A stretch of DNA of 64,000 nt. Source: Chrysomallon squamiferum. Its lineage: Eukaryota > Animalia > Mollusca. Below the pieces are notes generated by a model. It made no database searches. It was not told where the DNA came from and saw nothing but the letters and a program-made list of their open reading frames with translations. The stretch's first letter is position 1, and every line of letters starts with the position of its first letter. The stretch spans positions 3,782,001-3,846,000 of the forward strand of contig CM022665.1 of assembly GCA_012295275.1 (NCBI GenBank). Reading direction: 5' to 3'. Positions 1-28,055 of the stretch are shown piece by piece. A program made the translations under genes and the position numbers.

Positions 1-3000
1 CAGCACTTTGAGCAGGTTTTCTTTGTTGATATGATTTCTTCCCATAGATCTGATAGATCTGATGGCAGTTTCACTATAAATAAAGAAATCAGTCAGTTCA
101 GAGATTTGTAGATTCATGACTTACATCCTAAGATGCCTGTCATTATGAAACAGAATGGCTATGCAGGTTTATAATTTAACTATCTAGATACTGGTATTAA
201 CTTGTATATTAATATTTTGTATTTGCTTAATAAAAGAATCCATGATTATATTTAAAATACAGACTAATCAATTTATAATGAATCTAGAAAATACTTTTCT
301 TTTCTACCAAATAAGAAAATTACAAACACATCCACAATTGCTAGATATACAAAAAAAAAATATCAAAACCTTTTGTAATTACTTTTTTCTTATTTAATGG
401 ACTAGAATTTCGCTTCATCTCTTTGTTTCCAAATTTCCTATTTATGAAACTGTCTAGAGTGTGACTACATTACTTACCGTCGTTTGTCAGATTTTGGTGT
501 TGAATTCCAGTGATCATAATTAGTTTCAACTATAAACCATCTGTGACAGAAAAAAATAAAATAAAAAGTGCACACGAAAAAGACATATCAGAAACATATG
601 ATACAAAATAAGATAAATATATATCACATAAAAGTAAAGCAAAACAAAAAGTATAAAAAAAAGGTTTTAGACTACTCATTTCATTAATTCTGTAACCACA
701 AAATAATACTAGTAAAGCTCTATAATACGTACTGGTAAAATAATTATATGAAAAACTTAATCTTACTATTGGATTTACAAATTTATTGATATAGAAAGAT
801 CTTTTTTAAGTGAAATTAAATAATTTAAAAAAAACAAGGTTGGGAGGAAAATACCTTACTATTTATCATTAAAGATCTTTAAATAAAATATATCAAGCTC
901 CAACTACAATACACTAACAATTCTTTTCAAGACTTTACAATGTCAGTTTTAAAAAGAACCACCCAAAAACCCCCACAAAAATGGATCGTTGATTAAGCTA
1001 CACACTTGTCTTTCGTTTGGTTCATATACCACACATTATCAACATGTAATCTTTCCTTTGTGATGACTGCTCCCTCTCCTGGTTTCACCCCAGCTATAAT
1101 GAAATACACAGCAGCAGCTGTATCAGTGTTTGACAGGGTTTTTATTGCACTATGAAAACTGCTGTTATTTTCCAAAACCTGATATAAAAAAAAAAAAAAA
1201 ATAATAATAACAATTAAAAAAATTGTTGAAAGGTATGATGATAATGATTATGATAAAAAATTATTATTATGATATATATATATATATATCACTTCATCTA
1301 GGCTCAGGAATACCACTGACACTTAAATGTTGAAAAAAAAATGTATTCAAGTACACATTTTCCTTTTCAGAATGAGAGTAAAAAAAAAAAAACAAAATAA
1401 TAATAATATTTCTATGCAGGAAACATCTGCACATGAACATTTCAAAATTGACAAATGTTAAATTTCAACAAAAGGTATTTTCTGGCACCCCCACCAAAAA
1501 AATTAATTGAATAATTGTGACATCTATTAAAAGTAATGAAGACATAATGACTTTCTCTGGTTAGTGTCATGGCATGTGCAGTTAATTTTCACTGAACAAG
1601 AAAACTAAAGATAATGTGTGACAGTGAAATATACCATGTCTGAAAATGGCAACAAACAAGTTTTAATTAAAAATACGGAATTTCAAGATAACCACTTCTT
1701 AAAAATAACATCTAGATGATACATTTTTTACAAATATTTTATAAAAGTCAAGCTGTTTGATATTAAACATTTAACAGAAAGATGATCAAATTAGTTCATG
1801 GAAAGTTTTGGCTGGGCAAAAACATTTAGTAGCAATTCACAGTAAACACATTATTGCAGGGAAACTACTCTGTTTTGCATGAGATTCAGTATCAACAGTT
1901 TTTTGCACCTTGTTCGGGTGAAAAAAATTATAAATGAAATAAGCATTTGGTGAGCCCAATTGAGGGTTGTTTTTTTGTTCTGAAATATAATTGACAGTAT
2001 TTTCTATTTATGACAGATGACAATGTCATTTTATACATATGTCTGTAAATAATTCTGGTACTCTGAAATTAATACGCAAGTTCTGATGACAATTAAGCAA
2101 CAACAGCATGACAGTTTTTTGTTTAAGAAAGCAACACTGACTGAGATCCAGTGCCTGACTGAATACACAGAGTACTCACATTTCTGACTAAAAAGGTGAC
2201 AGGCATTGCATGATTATCAGTTAACTCAATCCAGTAATTAAGCAGTGCTGCTCCAAGATCTGAAATAAAAAACTAAAACTGAATGCATTTCACTCATTTC
2301 ATTATGCCTGGGTTTTGAAAAACAGTTTTAAACTGCTTTAATTAGGACTTTAATATCAACTTCTGATATTTTTGCATTATTAAAACAATTCCAAAATCAG
2401 GTTTGAGTTTTTCTAGACTAGGAAAATTTGTGTGCATGAGCAAATATTAAAAAATTTGGTTTTCATGTTAAATAGTCTTTCTTCCAAATATAAGTAATCT
2501 GAAAAATTGGACTGTGAAATGTTACAAAAAATTAAATACCTCGTTCATCTATTGTTACTGTAAAACCATGAGGACGTAAACCAGTCAGTAATCCTACATA
2601 ACCTGGAAATGTAATTCCTGAATACAAAATCTGAAAATAAAGTTCATATTTTGACTGAATGTTTATGGATCTGCATTTTATCATGTGGTACAAAGTTTAA
2701 AATGGACAAAGAAATGTATAAAGAAATATAATGAAAATAAAAGCAATTTGACCCTTTTTATCCAGAGAAAACAAACAACTATCTGCAAAACTGTCAACAT
2801 ACAAAATTATGACACTGCTAATACCTAATATTTTTAACTCATCATAGTTTCTTCGATATAAAACCATTTAATAAATTGTTTCATAAACAGTACCAAATAT
2901 TTATATTTAAATTAAGTTTAAATAAAATACCTGTCCATTTTTCATGAAGTTCACATGGACAGTTTCTTTGCGTAGCATTTCAGTGAAAGGAAAATCAAGA

Positions 3001-4457
3001 TTTCTTGCATGCCATATTTTACCAGACAAGTCTTCAGCCACAATACTAGTGCAATGCCTGAAAAATTAGAATTATGAATATTCTTCAAACAGGTATTGTA
3101 ACTACTTTCTAAACTTTAGATCATGTTAATATTTAGTATTTACTGGTTTAAATTTAAATAGTTAATGTATTAGTACAATTTGTTTCTGGTTTCTATTTCT
3201 TTTTTTAAAAGTATTTACATATTTCTGAAATTAATCCTCACTAAAATATAAATTTAACATTTCAAAACAGTGCAGCAAAAAAAATAAAAAATGTATATAT
3301 AAAAATATTTTAAAATCGGCTTTACATTTTTTATATACATCCATTCTGACATTTCTATACCCAGTAACAAAGGCAGACTGTGAAAAAACAATCTTTTGTA
3401 AGGCTGTGACTCATTACATCTTGCTCACAAAATCTAGAAACTCAGTCTAATTTGTGTTTTTGCCCTAACAACCGATTGTTGTTGTTTTTTTTTTTTAACT
3501 GTAGTATCGGTTTTCAGAAAACCATTTGTCATGGAACCTTGTTTAATGGAATATTTAATATTCTGCAAAATCCAACATTTAAGGTTATTAAGGATTTTAA
3601 TAGTTTTTCTTTACCAATGATAATAAAGTAGGAATTAAAAAAAAAAAAAAATAAAATAAAAAATGTACATTCTATTATGACCTTATCTGAAATTAATTTT
3701 TGCAGATATTTTCTTTTTTCACCAGTCACACTGCAGATTCATATATGTCTAATCTGAACATTCTGTCAGGCTGTGTAAAATATTCTGTCGGGTTTTCAGA
3801 ACCAAATATTTTCTGCGTATTTGAAAGCACAATAGTGGAAAGAGTTGCTTATTAAAGTTAGTGAATATAATACTTCATATTTAAAGAGTTCAAGCTAGAA
3901 GAATTATGCTGCCACACTGAATGTCTTCCACTGTAGTCCATGGACACTGAAGTATGTGAATTTTATAAAAACTTTTATGTTCAGATTTTGTACTGCTAAA
4001 AACTGTGACAGATACTTACGCTGTTAGGTCATAGAAAAGATTTATCAAAACAACATCACCAAGAGTCATATTCAAAACATCTGCAATTCCTGGATTATAA
4101 AAAAAAAAAAAAAAAAAAATTATCTTCATGTAGTTTGTGAAATAAGTATTGTAACACCAACAGTTTCCCCCACATTTTAATACAATGGTTTTTTTTTTTT
4201 TTTTTTAATGACTTACAATAATATACTTGTTAATCGCTACTTTATAAAGATAAAATCGACATGCGCAATTTCTCTTTTTCACAATTAAAAATACCTTTCA
4301 TTTCTTCAGCATATGGACTAGGAAGGTATTTGTTTAAAGAGCCGGCGATGTCTTCAACCAAATTCACTGTAAAGGCAGGAAGTGACTTTCTGCAAACGAA
4401 ATAGTGAATTTTTAAGTACATCCTCAGCGTCTCTTCGTGCATTTTATTTAGTACTTT

Positions 4458-4496
<39 letters not shown>

Positions 4497-4895
4497 TGTG
4501 TGTAATGTGGAGGGGGGCAATGCTTATTATGGATAAACAAGATAATGGTTCCTTTTAAAACTGCTCATTAAAAACTGAACTTTGAAACAAATGACCACCA
4601 TGAATAAAATATAATAAATAAATAAATAAATAAATTTATTTACAAAAAGAAGGAAAAAAAAAAAAGGTTTCTTTAAAAAAATAAAAGAAATAAAAAAATT
4701 AAAATTAAAAATCTACCTAACAATTGCATGTGAAAACGTAACAGCATTTTTGTTTTCAAGCATGATCTGCTTCCACCTGTCTTCAGCGGGTGCGTCAAGA
4801 TCCACATAATAAACTTTGGGCTGTTTTAACGTCAGAACGCTTGTAGAAACAGACACACAAAAAAGTGCTAAAATAACACCCTGCACTACTGCCAT
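1..4895 (-). CDS. NAAA: N-acylethanolamine acid amidase-like (acid ceramidase family Ntn-hydrolase), 3'-truncated by the window edge
   Basis: Exons 4895-4717, 4389-4295, 4089-4020, 3057-2931, 2630-2540, 2259-2180, 1178-1006, 540-478, 73-<1 join in frame with GT-AG ends. The product has a signal peptide, [10 protein letters not shown], the catalytic HCTSIVAED...[31 protein letters not shown]...EGAVIT and [16 protein letters not shown] runs directly into PFTEMLRK, as in NAAA, without the ASAH1 insertion. Confidence 0.92.
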
Positions 4896-4949
4896 TTCCC
4901 CGCGACCGCTGTCAAACGTCTGCCTGTTAAATGAATCACAGGGCTGTTT

Positions 4950-4957
4950 GCACGTGC
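4950..4957. promoter_or_regulatory. E-box GCACGTGC about 55 bp upstream of the NAAA-like ATG
   Basis: Palindromic CACGTG core in a locally CpG-richer patch upstream of a lysosomal hydrolase. Only a partial match to the CLEAR consensus. Confidence 0.25.
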
Positions 4958-6204
4958 GCCTCGATCCCAGAATTAACCTGATGTTTTTCGTTACTGTAAT
5001 TAAGCTTCATGATCGGCGCACCGAAGAAATTGTTAATTTTTTTTTTTTTTTTTTTTTTTTATATATATATATATATTAATGTTAGCTCTCTGTACCATTC
5101 TTTATTTTTCACACCCTTTTCCGAAACCCAGGTCATATTTCAAATGTAGTCCACCTCGATAATAAGCTACAAATGATCGGTTAAAACAGTGACAATTTAC
5201 ATAAATCGGACAATGGATGATTATTTCTCCATCTGTTTTGTTCATTTCTCAGTTTGTTTCTTTATTATTCTACTGTTGTTATTATTTGTTGCGCTAACAT
5301 CAAATGATTTTGCTTCTAACAAACAAACAAAAAATAAAAATAAAACTAATCTGTGATTGTAAAAAAATAATAATATAATAATAAAAAATAAAATAAAATG
5401 TCCATATAAAAATGGAGATTTTATTAATCTTACAGAAAATGACAAACAGAAAAAATAAAGGATAAAAAAACTAGAAATCAAAACATATAAAAAGTGAACT
5501 ACTTTCCTCAGATTTTATATTTAATACCAGAATTAGAAGAGCAGTAGACAATGTAGAAATAATCTATCACAGCTATTCACACCCTCTCCCCACATGCATA
5601 TACATACATACACACATGCACATACAAATGCACGTAAATACTTACATCACACAAATACACACAATTTACATATAGACATTGTACACACATTAACAGATCA
5701 ACTTACCTTATTTTTGGATAGATACATTTTATTATTTACCTTGGTAACTGTGATCCTGATTTAGGATCAGGATGTAATAAGTCATAAACATTGTAATTTC
5801 AAAATGTTATTTCTGTACTGGTTTAATCACAGTAATTAAAGCTTTCATCCTTTTAGGGTGGGTGCAAGCTGGTCATATGTAGATATTAGCTTCCGATTGA
5901 TGGGTAGGCACATAACATAGACTTTGGAAACCACTTAAGGGAAATAGCCCAAAGGAAAGTCTTACAGTACTAACCAAACATACTTTCACTAGCTCTGTTG
6001 CTAAGCTACACCATATCTCCATTACTTTAGTATTAATGTGATTTTCCAGTTCCCCAGACATTAATCAGAATATTGTCATAAATTCTAGAATGAAAATGTC
6101 AACACAGTCATTAAATTTTTAATAATAGGAATCATAAACTCGTATTATACTTTATCTGTTTTTTCTTGAAGGTTTTTCAGATTTAAATATCTCTTATGAA
6201 CTGA

Positions 6205-6460
6205 ATTATGGCTTAGAAATCAGATAACTGTTCAGAGGATTGTAGGATCGCTTCCCATGCTCTTTTCAAAACGTGTATTGTGTTTCTGTTTCAACCCAAC
6301 TCCCAAAAATGCTTAATGAAAGAAAGGTTGTAATGTCTGATGAAGTCTAAACAAATACTAACTGTTATCATTAAATACAATTCAGAGAGCAGCAGGTTTC
6401 CTTTCTCCTATTATAGTCACTTTTAATTTTAAAATGTTGAGGTGTTGTCAAGTATTCATC
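6205..6460. mobile_element. Degenerate SINE-like interspersed repeat remnant
   Basis: Fragments such as GTAGGATCGCTTCCC and AGCAGCAGGTTTCCTTTCTC resemble, from memory, a gastropod SINE-like repeat. Boundaries are approximate. Confidence 0.25.
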
Positions 6461-7864
6461 TGTTTGGGAATTTTATATCCATTTAATTTTTATTTATTTT
6501 TTTAAAAACATTTTTATTTTATTTAAACAAAATAATACTGTTATATCCTTCTTTTAAGTATTTGTCTTAAATTCTGTACAGTCATAATTGAAAGTTATAT
6601 GTACCACTGTTACAGTAGCCCCTTTATTTGATTTTTTAAATTTGTATCTGGATTCACCATTAACATGTTAACAAAAAATGGAATGGTGGTATGATCAGTT
6701 GCTGCTTGCTACTGTTTTGGAGCATAAAGTTCCCTTCACATGTATTGACATGTATGCATCCATCAGCTTGTCACAAGAGGAAACAAGATTCTTCTCAGAA
6801 CAAAACAGTCCTCCACTGGCATCTCTAAAGGTGCTCCGCTAAGTGACATGAGGTCAAATCATTGTGTCACACTGGTCTTCCCTTAGCCAACTGTGGTGCA
6901 CACAGATGTATCAGTCTTGAGTCATGAGTTACTCTGGGACAAATTGACCTTGATCTTTATACACTTTTAAACAAACATCCCAGACCCATGCTTTCCTTTG
7001 GTTTCTAATCATTTGTACTATAATGTGAACTAAAATGAACTATAATATGGACTAAACCAAACTATGTGAACTAAATTGATATAATTTTTAATGTGCTTGA
7101 CATCTTGTGCTGACATTTCTCTGGATTTTTTTTTTTTTTTTTTTTTTTTTACAAAATCTTGCTGATTTAGAATTATTTGTGGTATTTTATTTAAAGCTGT
7201 TTTATGAATTGAAGTTACCACATCCAATGGTAATAACAAATATTCCCACCCTACCCAACCATTCACAAACACATACCATAACCTAAACAAAGGTAAAAAG
7301 TGAGTTTGTACTCCAGAACCAAAATGTGTACTGAAATAAACTGGTTTTAAAAGCAGCCATTAAGTATTATGTAAGTTGCTTGTCTTTTAAATCTGACCAC
7401 ATTAACAAATGATGAATCAGATAGGGCACAATAAGCAAAAGACTATAGACAGTGCACACAAAAAAAATACAAAAATTATTATGAGACTTTTATTCTTTTT
7501 TGTTAATAAAATATATTAGAATTATAATTTTTGTTTTCTTCAAATAATAAGAAATACGTATGTTAGAAATAATAATTAGTTACAGCTGTGACTAAAACTG
7601 TGTTGGATTTTCCACATTAATTTTGCATTTTATAGTATTTACAAGAAAACATTTTGATATATACTTTTGTTGAGTTTTTAATAATTTATTATGACTATAT
7701 ACAAATATATCTTCATTTGAACACATGATAATTAAATTACAAACACTTCTTAAAATTTATTATCATCACAGTGACTTTATAAATTATTTTAAATACAGAT
7801 ACATCCTCTCTTTTTTTAAATTTTTTATTTTTAACACATTAAGGCACATACTAAAAAATATTTG

Positions 7865-21153
<13,289 letters not shown>

Positions 21154-21397
21154 ATTTAAAATTTCTCATCAAATTTCATAAATTTTTAAATAACATTATA
21201 CAAAATAAATGTATATGTGTGTGTGTGTGAGACTGCTGATCGTTGTCTCATTTTCCCCTTTCAACATGTGTATTTACGTATGCAGACATCTTTGTTAGTA
21301 ACGTATTCTGTTGTAAATTCCTCCGGTTTACGGCATTAAGTTTACAAAATTAATAATAACTGAAACAAAGCAAAAATAATGTATAAATACGTAAATC

Positions 21398-21447
<50 letters not shown>

Positions 21448-21891
21448 TGAAATCAAAATTTTAAATAAATAGATGAATACATAGATAGTCAGACAAACAC
21501 ATAAACAGATATATAAAACTCAGACACAGACAGGCAGACATACATGTATATCATTATATGTATATTTATATAGATAGACAGATAAATAGATAGATAGATA
21601 CACATCCAAATAAAGAGAGAGAGAGACAGAAGAAGAAAGAGACTGAAAGGAAGTACTCAGTTTGCTTTAATTTAATTCCAACCCATAAAATATAACGAAA
21701 ATAGTTAAAATAGATAAAGTAGTCATTAGAAAGAGTTAATCTGTTGAAAGACAATCCACGTTGTTCTCAGGTAACTTATTTTTTCACCGGTTGTGCAAGC
21801 AGTGTCACTTGATCTCATTGTCTGGCATTTTCAGAATGTGGTTCTATTTAAATTCCAAAAATTCTATTCCAGCAGCCTTTTTGCTGTAAGG
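21154..21891. promoter_or_regulatory. Short head-to-head intergenic region between PYROXD1 and ILP-A, with TATA-like TATTTAAA at 21845-21852
   Basis: The divergent start codons are separated by 738 bp. The TATA-like element lies about 40 bp upstream of the ILP-A ATG. Confidence 0.45.
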
Positions 21892-22865
21892 ATGGCATCA
21901 ACAAAGTTCGTTCTTCAGTCATTTTCAGTAAGTATTCGTATTAATAAGTTTCATTGACTTTCGGTTGTTTAGATTTTAAAATGTTAATCCAAAATATCTT
22001 CATTTGCCTTCTTTTTTGTTGGGAGGTTGGAATCATCCTATTATTTGTTAACGGATTAAATTCAGTCTTGATTTAATAGTCACTTAAAAGAAAACAAACA
22101 GAAATAAAAAAACAACCTTGAGGACATTAAATTTTTTTTTAGAATTTTGGGAGATATTTAGTTGATAACCTCCATTGTTGACATCTTTCAATATAAGATA
22201 GAAGACATTAATTTTGTGATTACGAACAATATTAATGCATAATTAAAATTTAAAAAAAATTAGAGAATTAATAAAAAGAATGTTTTTATGAAAAATCAGT
22301 TTTTAAAAATATTTTCGAAATGTAAAAGTATATCATTCAAAATTAATTTTTAAAAAGTCAGTGTTAATTTTTGAAATCAGATAATTATGTACTTTCTTAG
22401 TATGAAATGTCAGATAACAGAATACTGGATTTTAAGGGACTTAAATGTTTGATGTTCATTATATTAAATACTAAATATTTAATAATATATTCTGTAAGTT
22501 TACTCAAGAACTTAAATTATCTAATTAACTTTACTCAGGTAAAATATATTATTTAAGTGTGTATAGGTATATGTATTGTCTAAGTTAACTGCGTAAATAC
22601 ATTATTAAAGTTTATCCGGGTAAATATATTATCTAATTTGTTGTTGTTGTTGTTTTTTTTTTTTTATCATGAAACTAAATTTACTCAGGTTTGTTGATAA
22701 CTTAATTCCATAGGAACAATGCATCAAATAAACTATTGTGAAAAATGTTTTTCCTATTACTTCAGTATTCTTGAAAACAGTACTTTTATAAGTTTTACAA
22801 GAAGACAAAGAATTTATTTTCTGTTTTTGTTGTTGTTGCTGTTGTTTTAAATTTTAATTTGCATT

Positions 22866-22902
<37 letters not shown>

Positions 22903-23847
22903 TAGGATTATATGTCAAACTGATCTTTACGATATATTTGAATTTGAAATGAATTTGAAGATCGAATCGACCATCTTGAAATTTCATGAGTCTGTTTTTC
23001 AGAAATAACATAACTGTGATGTTTATTTTAGTACCAGTTTATGTTGTGCAGTAATCCGAATTCAGATTTAAAAAAAAAAAAAAAAAAAAAAACCCAAACA
23101 AACAAATTAAAGATTTCTAAAATGATTACAAAATATAGTTTTATTGGCTTTTTAAAATACACTCGTACTGGCAGGAAACACATAATTTAGATTTCATCAG
23201 AAACACCATTAATAAGCATCAATAAATTGTATATTATTTAGTATTTGCGTTTTTTAGTTCTGTACCCAACACTACGTACTATGACTTAACAATGATGTGT
23301 AAAGGTAATTAATTCAAATTTAATTCACGAAATTATTGCACCTAAGCCATCTTCTTACAGGACTCAAACAGTCATTTAGAATATATATAAATAACTACTT
23401 TGTAAAGTGAAATATGCATGTATATCTAACGTTTGTCCATAATTTAAAGTTCATGTTTGATGACGTCCACGAATAGGAAGGCGGCATACTTGCTAGAAAA
23501 TTCTGGATTAGAATCGTCTTTTATCTCCTCTTATTTTTTTTGCTCGGTATTCCTGACTTTATTTTCATTTATTTATTTATTTATTTATTTATTTATTTTT
23601 TTTAATTTTTTTTGAAGTACGTGATTCAGCAGTGCAGTTCGTGGTCTTTTTTTTTAATTCCACTGAATAACAAACTGTCTTTCCTACAGATCTGTATGAC
23701 TGACACCAGAAAGATCTGAGAGCTAACGTACACATTAGATTGGTTTAACGTTTCTTGATAATCGCCATAATGCGTTAAAAAGGAAAAACATTTTCGTGTA
23801 AAAATCAAGATATACTCAAAACATTACTATTGTTATTGTAAAACTAT

Positions 23848-23904
<57 letters not shown>

Positions 23905-24621
23905 AAAGAAAGCTACCCCACAACACCCAAAATATTAATTTTAATATTCCGTGTTCTAATCTAAAGGGACCGACCAATTTATTTCTGTCAGTAATCTTTA
24001 CGCATTTTTGGTTTTTTTGTTGTTTGTTTGTTTGTTTTAACAACGCATTTCTTATGATTTGATTTTAGATATGGATATTGCTGGTGACGGTAAATTTGTG
24101 TTACGCAACGACGCCGACAACGCCATTTTCAGGGAATATACGACTTTGTGGATCAGAACTTGCCGATGCTTTAGACATCGTGTGCAATTCAAATTTTAAT
24201 GTGGAGTCAAGCAAAAGATCGGGTAATTCTGAGACAATCTTTATTTTATGGAAATGATTCTACTTCGGGATACTTTTTTTGTAAAGGGATACTTTTTACA
24301 AATAAAGTTTAAAATACAGTTGCAGCAAAAACAGAATCGGTGACTAAAACATCACATAAAATATAGAATAGCTACGAAAGACACAAATATATTTTTTGAA
24401 TATTTACCTTGCAATTACTGTACGAAATAGCAAGAAATGACAAAAAAAAAAAAAAAAAAAAAAAAGAAAAGAAAAATGTTTGCGCTTTAAAAGAAATATC
24501 TGAATACTGTCTAAAGATACAAGCTTTATCTTGCTCAGGTGGAATATCGAATGCAGCTCGACAGAGCCTCGCTGTAGCTCAACATTCTGACACTCGCAGT
24601 TATTCCCTATGTATGTGAACC

Positions 24622-24696
<75 letters not shown>

Positions 24697-25281
24697 TGTA
24701 TGTATGTATGTACACACATATATAAAGAACTATTAAAATACCGATACATTCATCTTAGGGACATATTTGTTTTTATTCCAGTATCGTCTAAGTTTTTTCA
24801 TTTCAAGTCAGATCAACGTAGAAGATTCCCTGAGTCCGTTAAAAAGCGAGGTATAAGCTCTGAATGCTGTCAACCTGCAGGTGGTTGTAGCATACAAACT
24901 TTAATGAGCTATTGTCAGCAGCCTAGAGAGAGACTCCATGTATGTAATATCTATTTCATATATATATATATTTATATTTACATTTATATTTATATTTATA
25001 TAAAATACCCATATATATATATATATATATTTATATTTACATTTATATTTATATTTATATAAAATACCCATTGGTTATTTCTTTTGAATGGAAAGAAGCT
25101 GCAACATTCTATTATTACCATCATCATTATCACTATTAAAGTTATTATTCTTGTTGTTATTATTATTATTACTATTACTGCTATTTGTTTGTTATTCTTG
25201 GTTTTGTTGCTATTATTATTATTTATTCATTTAAATATTAATTAATTTATTATTATTATTGTTATTGTTGTTGTTGTTGTT

Positions 25282-25338
<57 letters not shown>

Positions 25339-25586
25339 TTTCAGTTTTTTTAGCTTTTTAATTTGTTAATTTTTTTTTCTTTCTTCAGGATTTGTCTCTC
25401 CTAACGGTGCTCCAGCAACAAAATGAGCCACTTAATCACAACGGAATTATTACGACGACCACACAGAACCCCACGGTTTCTCCAAGCACCAATCGACCAG
25501 CCGTCTTTCAGTCAAATCACAGAAAATTTAATTATTTCTTCTTTTTAGAACCGCTAGGCAACCCAACACGAAATCCACTGCAATGA
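21892..25586 (+). CDS. IGF-type insulin-like peptide precursor A, 4 coding exons, 181 aa
   Basis: Exons 21892-21927, 24069-24222, 24782-24939, 25389-25586. Signal MASTKFVLQSFSIWILLVTVNLCYA; B-chain IRLCGSELADALDIVCNSNF; KR; C-peptide; KKR; A-chain GISSECCQPAGGCSIQTLMSYC; C-terminal extension of about 73 aa. Exon 1 is the least certain. Confidence 0.9.
24961..25071. repeat. Tandem duplication of about 60 bp, AT-rich
   Basis: TATATTTATATTTACATTTATATTTATATTTATATAAAATACCCAT occurs twice in ILP-A intron 3. Confidence 0.8.
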
Positions 25587-25988
25587 AAGCCCCTAGCAAG
25601 TGCCTAAACAACTTCTCAAAAAGGATATCACTAAACATTTAAAAAATTACCCAAGACAAATATGCACATATACTTATATTTACAGACATATAAGTACATA
25701 CATTCATACAGACACTTATATACTTACAAACATGCAATGTGCACACACACAACCATACTTAAACATAAAAATTCAAAGACATCACACACAAAAACTCGGT
25801 TATACAAATGTTCAAACATATCTGAAACGTACAGGCAGACTGGTACAACAGACACATTTAACGACAACCTTATATTAGTAGTAACTGCTGTGCAGTGATA
25901 TTGTTTTATAATTTCATTCACAGTTCTATACATTGAGGCAAATTATTTGTGCAACCCCAGAATCTGAACTCTACTGCACGAAAACACA

Positions 25989-26069
<81 letters not shown>

Positions 26070-27102
26070 GAACAGAATACTATATAGACACAAGACCAGT
26101 CTAACGTCTTATGTATTTATAAAATATCTTCTGTTCCCTATTCTTCGCTTTAAGCCTTGAAACTTTTGTGAAAGTAATAATAATTGTAATAATAATAATA
26201 AACAAAGAAATAATATTTACTGACGTCTTTCGTTGTAATTGTAACGTTCAGTCTATCACACGTTTTTCAGAAAACTCTTAATTTCTTATATTAATCATAA
26301 CATTTTACATGCACGGCCAATCCTTTTTAATGCCTAAATAATAAAACTAAATAACATGTTCGTGAATAAGTATAGACGCTGTCATTTTCTCTTTCTTTGG
26401 GATAATTACTACTTCGTGTCAAAGATGAATTATGATTGCCGCATGATCATAATATTAAACAGTTACCTAATCTAAAAAGCCCTAGATTAACAGTATGATT
26501 TACAAAATATTGTATCATCTCAGAAACTGGAAAGTATACACCAAAGCTGCTGATTAACTATTAGACACTGGCTAAATGGGAAAAATGTCTTAAAATAAAA
26601 GCCATACAAGCATTCAGTAATGAAATAATTCCAAAAACAAACACTTAGATTAATTTTTAATTTGTTCTTTTATGTATTGTACATCTATATATATTAAGGG
26701 TAGTACACACTCCTGAAGGGGTAGCTCCACCCCACTCCACCTTCATCCACGCCGTTCTGTGCTTTCCCCATGTATCCCAAGTTGTATTGGTGTCAGAATA
26801 ATTATGAAAATAGTTGAATATTACTGTTTAAAAATGGTTAATTTTCATGCTAGGAAAAACTGTAGAAAATATTTAATACTGAAATTTTGTTCTGGGTTTT
26901 TCTGGAAATCTCAGTGATTTCACAAAATTTGTTTTGATAAAATGTCTCATGGCAACAGAATATTCATTCCTACATACATACACACATACATATGGACACG
27001 TGTGAAAACTTTTGTTTCATGGAACAACCGTCTAATAATTTCTTGTCTCACGAATATTAAGCTTTGAAATTACTTTTGTTTCCCTTTGATATTGTTAACT
27101 GT

Positions 27103-27559
27103 GTATGTATGTATGTATGTATGTATGTATGTATGTATGTATGTATGTATGTATGTATGTATGTATGTATGTATGTATGTATGTATGTATGTGTGATTGT
27201 ATTTGTGTGTTATTATTATTATTATTTTGAAATTTTTGTTATTGTCTTATTCTATAGTTAACTGGAATTTACAAAGTGTATCTGAATAATAACTGAGACA
27301 AAGAATCCGAGAAAAGCAATTTATTTCCATATACATATACATTGATATAACTGACATTTTAAGAGAACACAGTTAGCAATAAGAAAATCTAATCACGTAT
27401 GTAAAGTTTAATACATGGCAGGTGATGTGAATTTTAATATGATAAACTGAAAATAGCCATATAACAACTGAATTAAGAACACTGAAAAAACATTTAATTA
27501 AAGTACAGTGATTCCTTCCTGCTGTTACTAGAAGATTAAAATAAGACCAAGAAAGGGAA

Positions 27560-27638
<79 letters not shown>

Positions 27639-27649
27639 TAAAAAATAAA

Positions 27650-27711
<62 letters not shown>

Positions 27712-27962
27712 GATGGACTTGTGTAGAGGGTGTGTGAAGGCAGACTGGACAAATACGTGCATATCAAGGAAAGTGAGATAGACAGTCAATTCAGTTTATA
27801 GATATACAGATACAAAGATGCCTAAATAGAGACAGACAGCTAAATACAGAATAAACAGATAATGATTTATACACGGTATAAAGTCCAGAGATATACAGAT
27901 TTACAAATATATAATTATAGATAAACAAACAGGTACAGAGAGATGCACACACATAAACAGAA

Positions 27963-28052
<90 letters not shown>
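27103..28052. repeat. Cluster of SSRs: (TATG)n 27103-27190, (AAT)n 27560-27711, (GA)n 27966-28052
   Basis: Visible runs between the two ILP genes. Confidence 0.9.

Positions 28053-28055
<3 letters not shown>

Noticed and set aside
1-4895. Calling the gene ASAH1 (acid ceramidase)
   Set aside because: It lacks the ASAH1-type insertion after RN[LM]DF, and the spacing matches NAAA. A phylogeny is needed to be certain.
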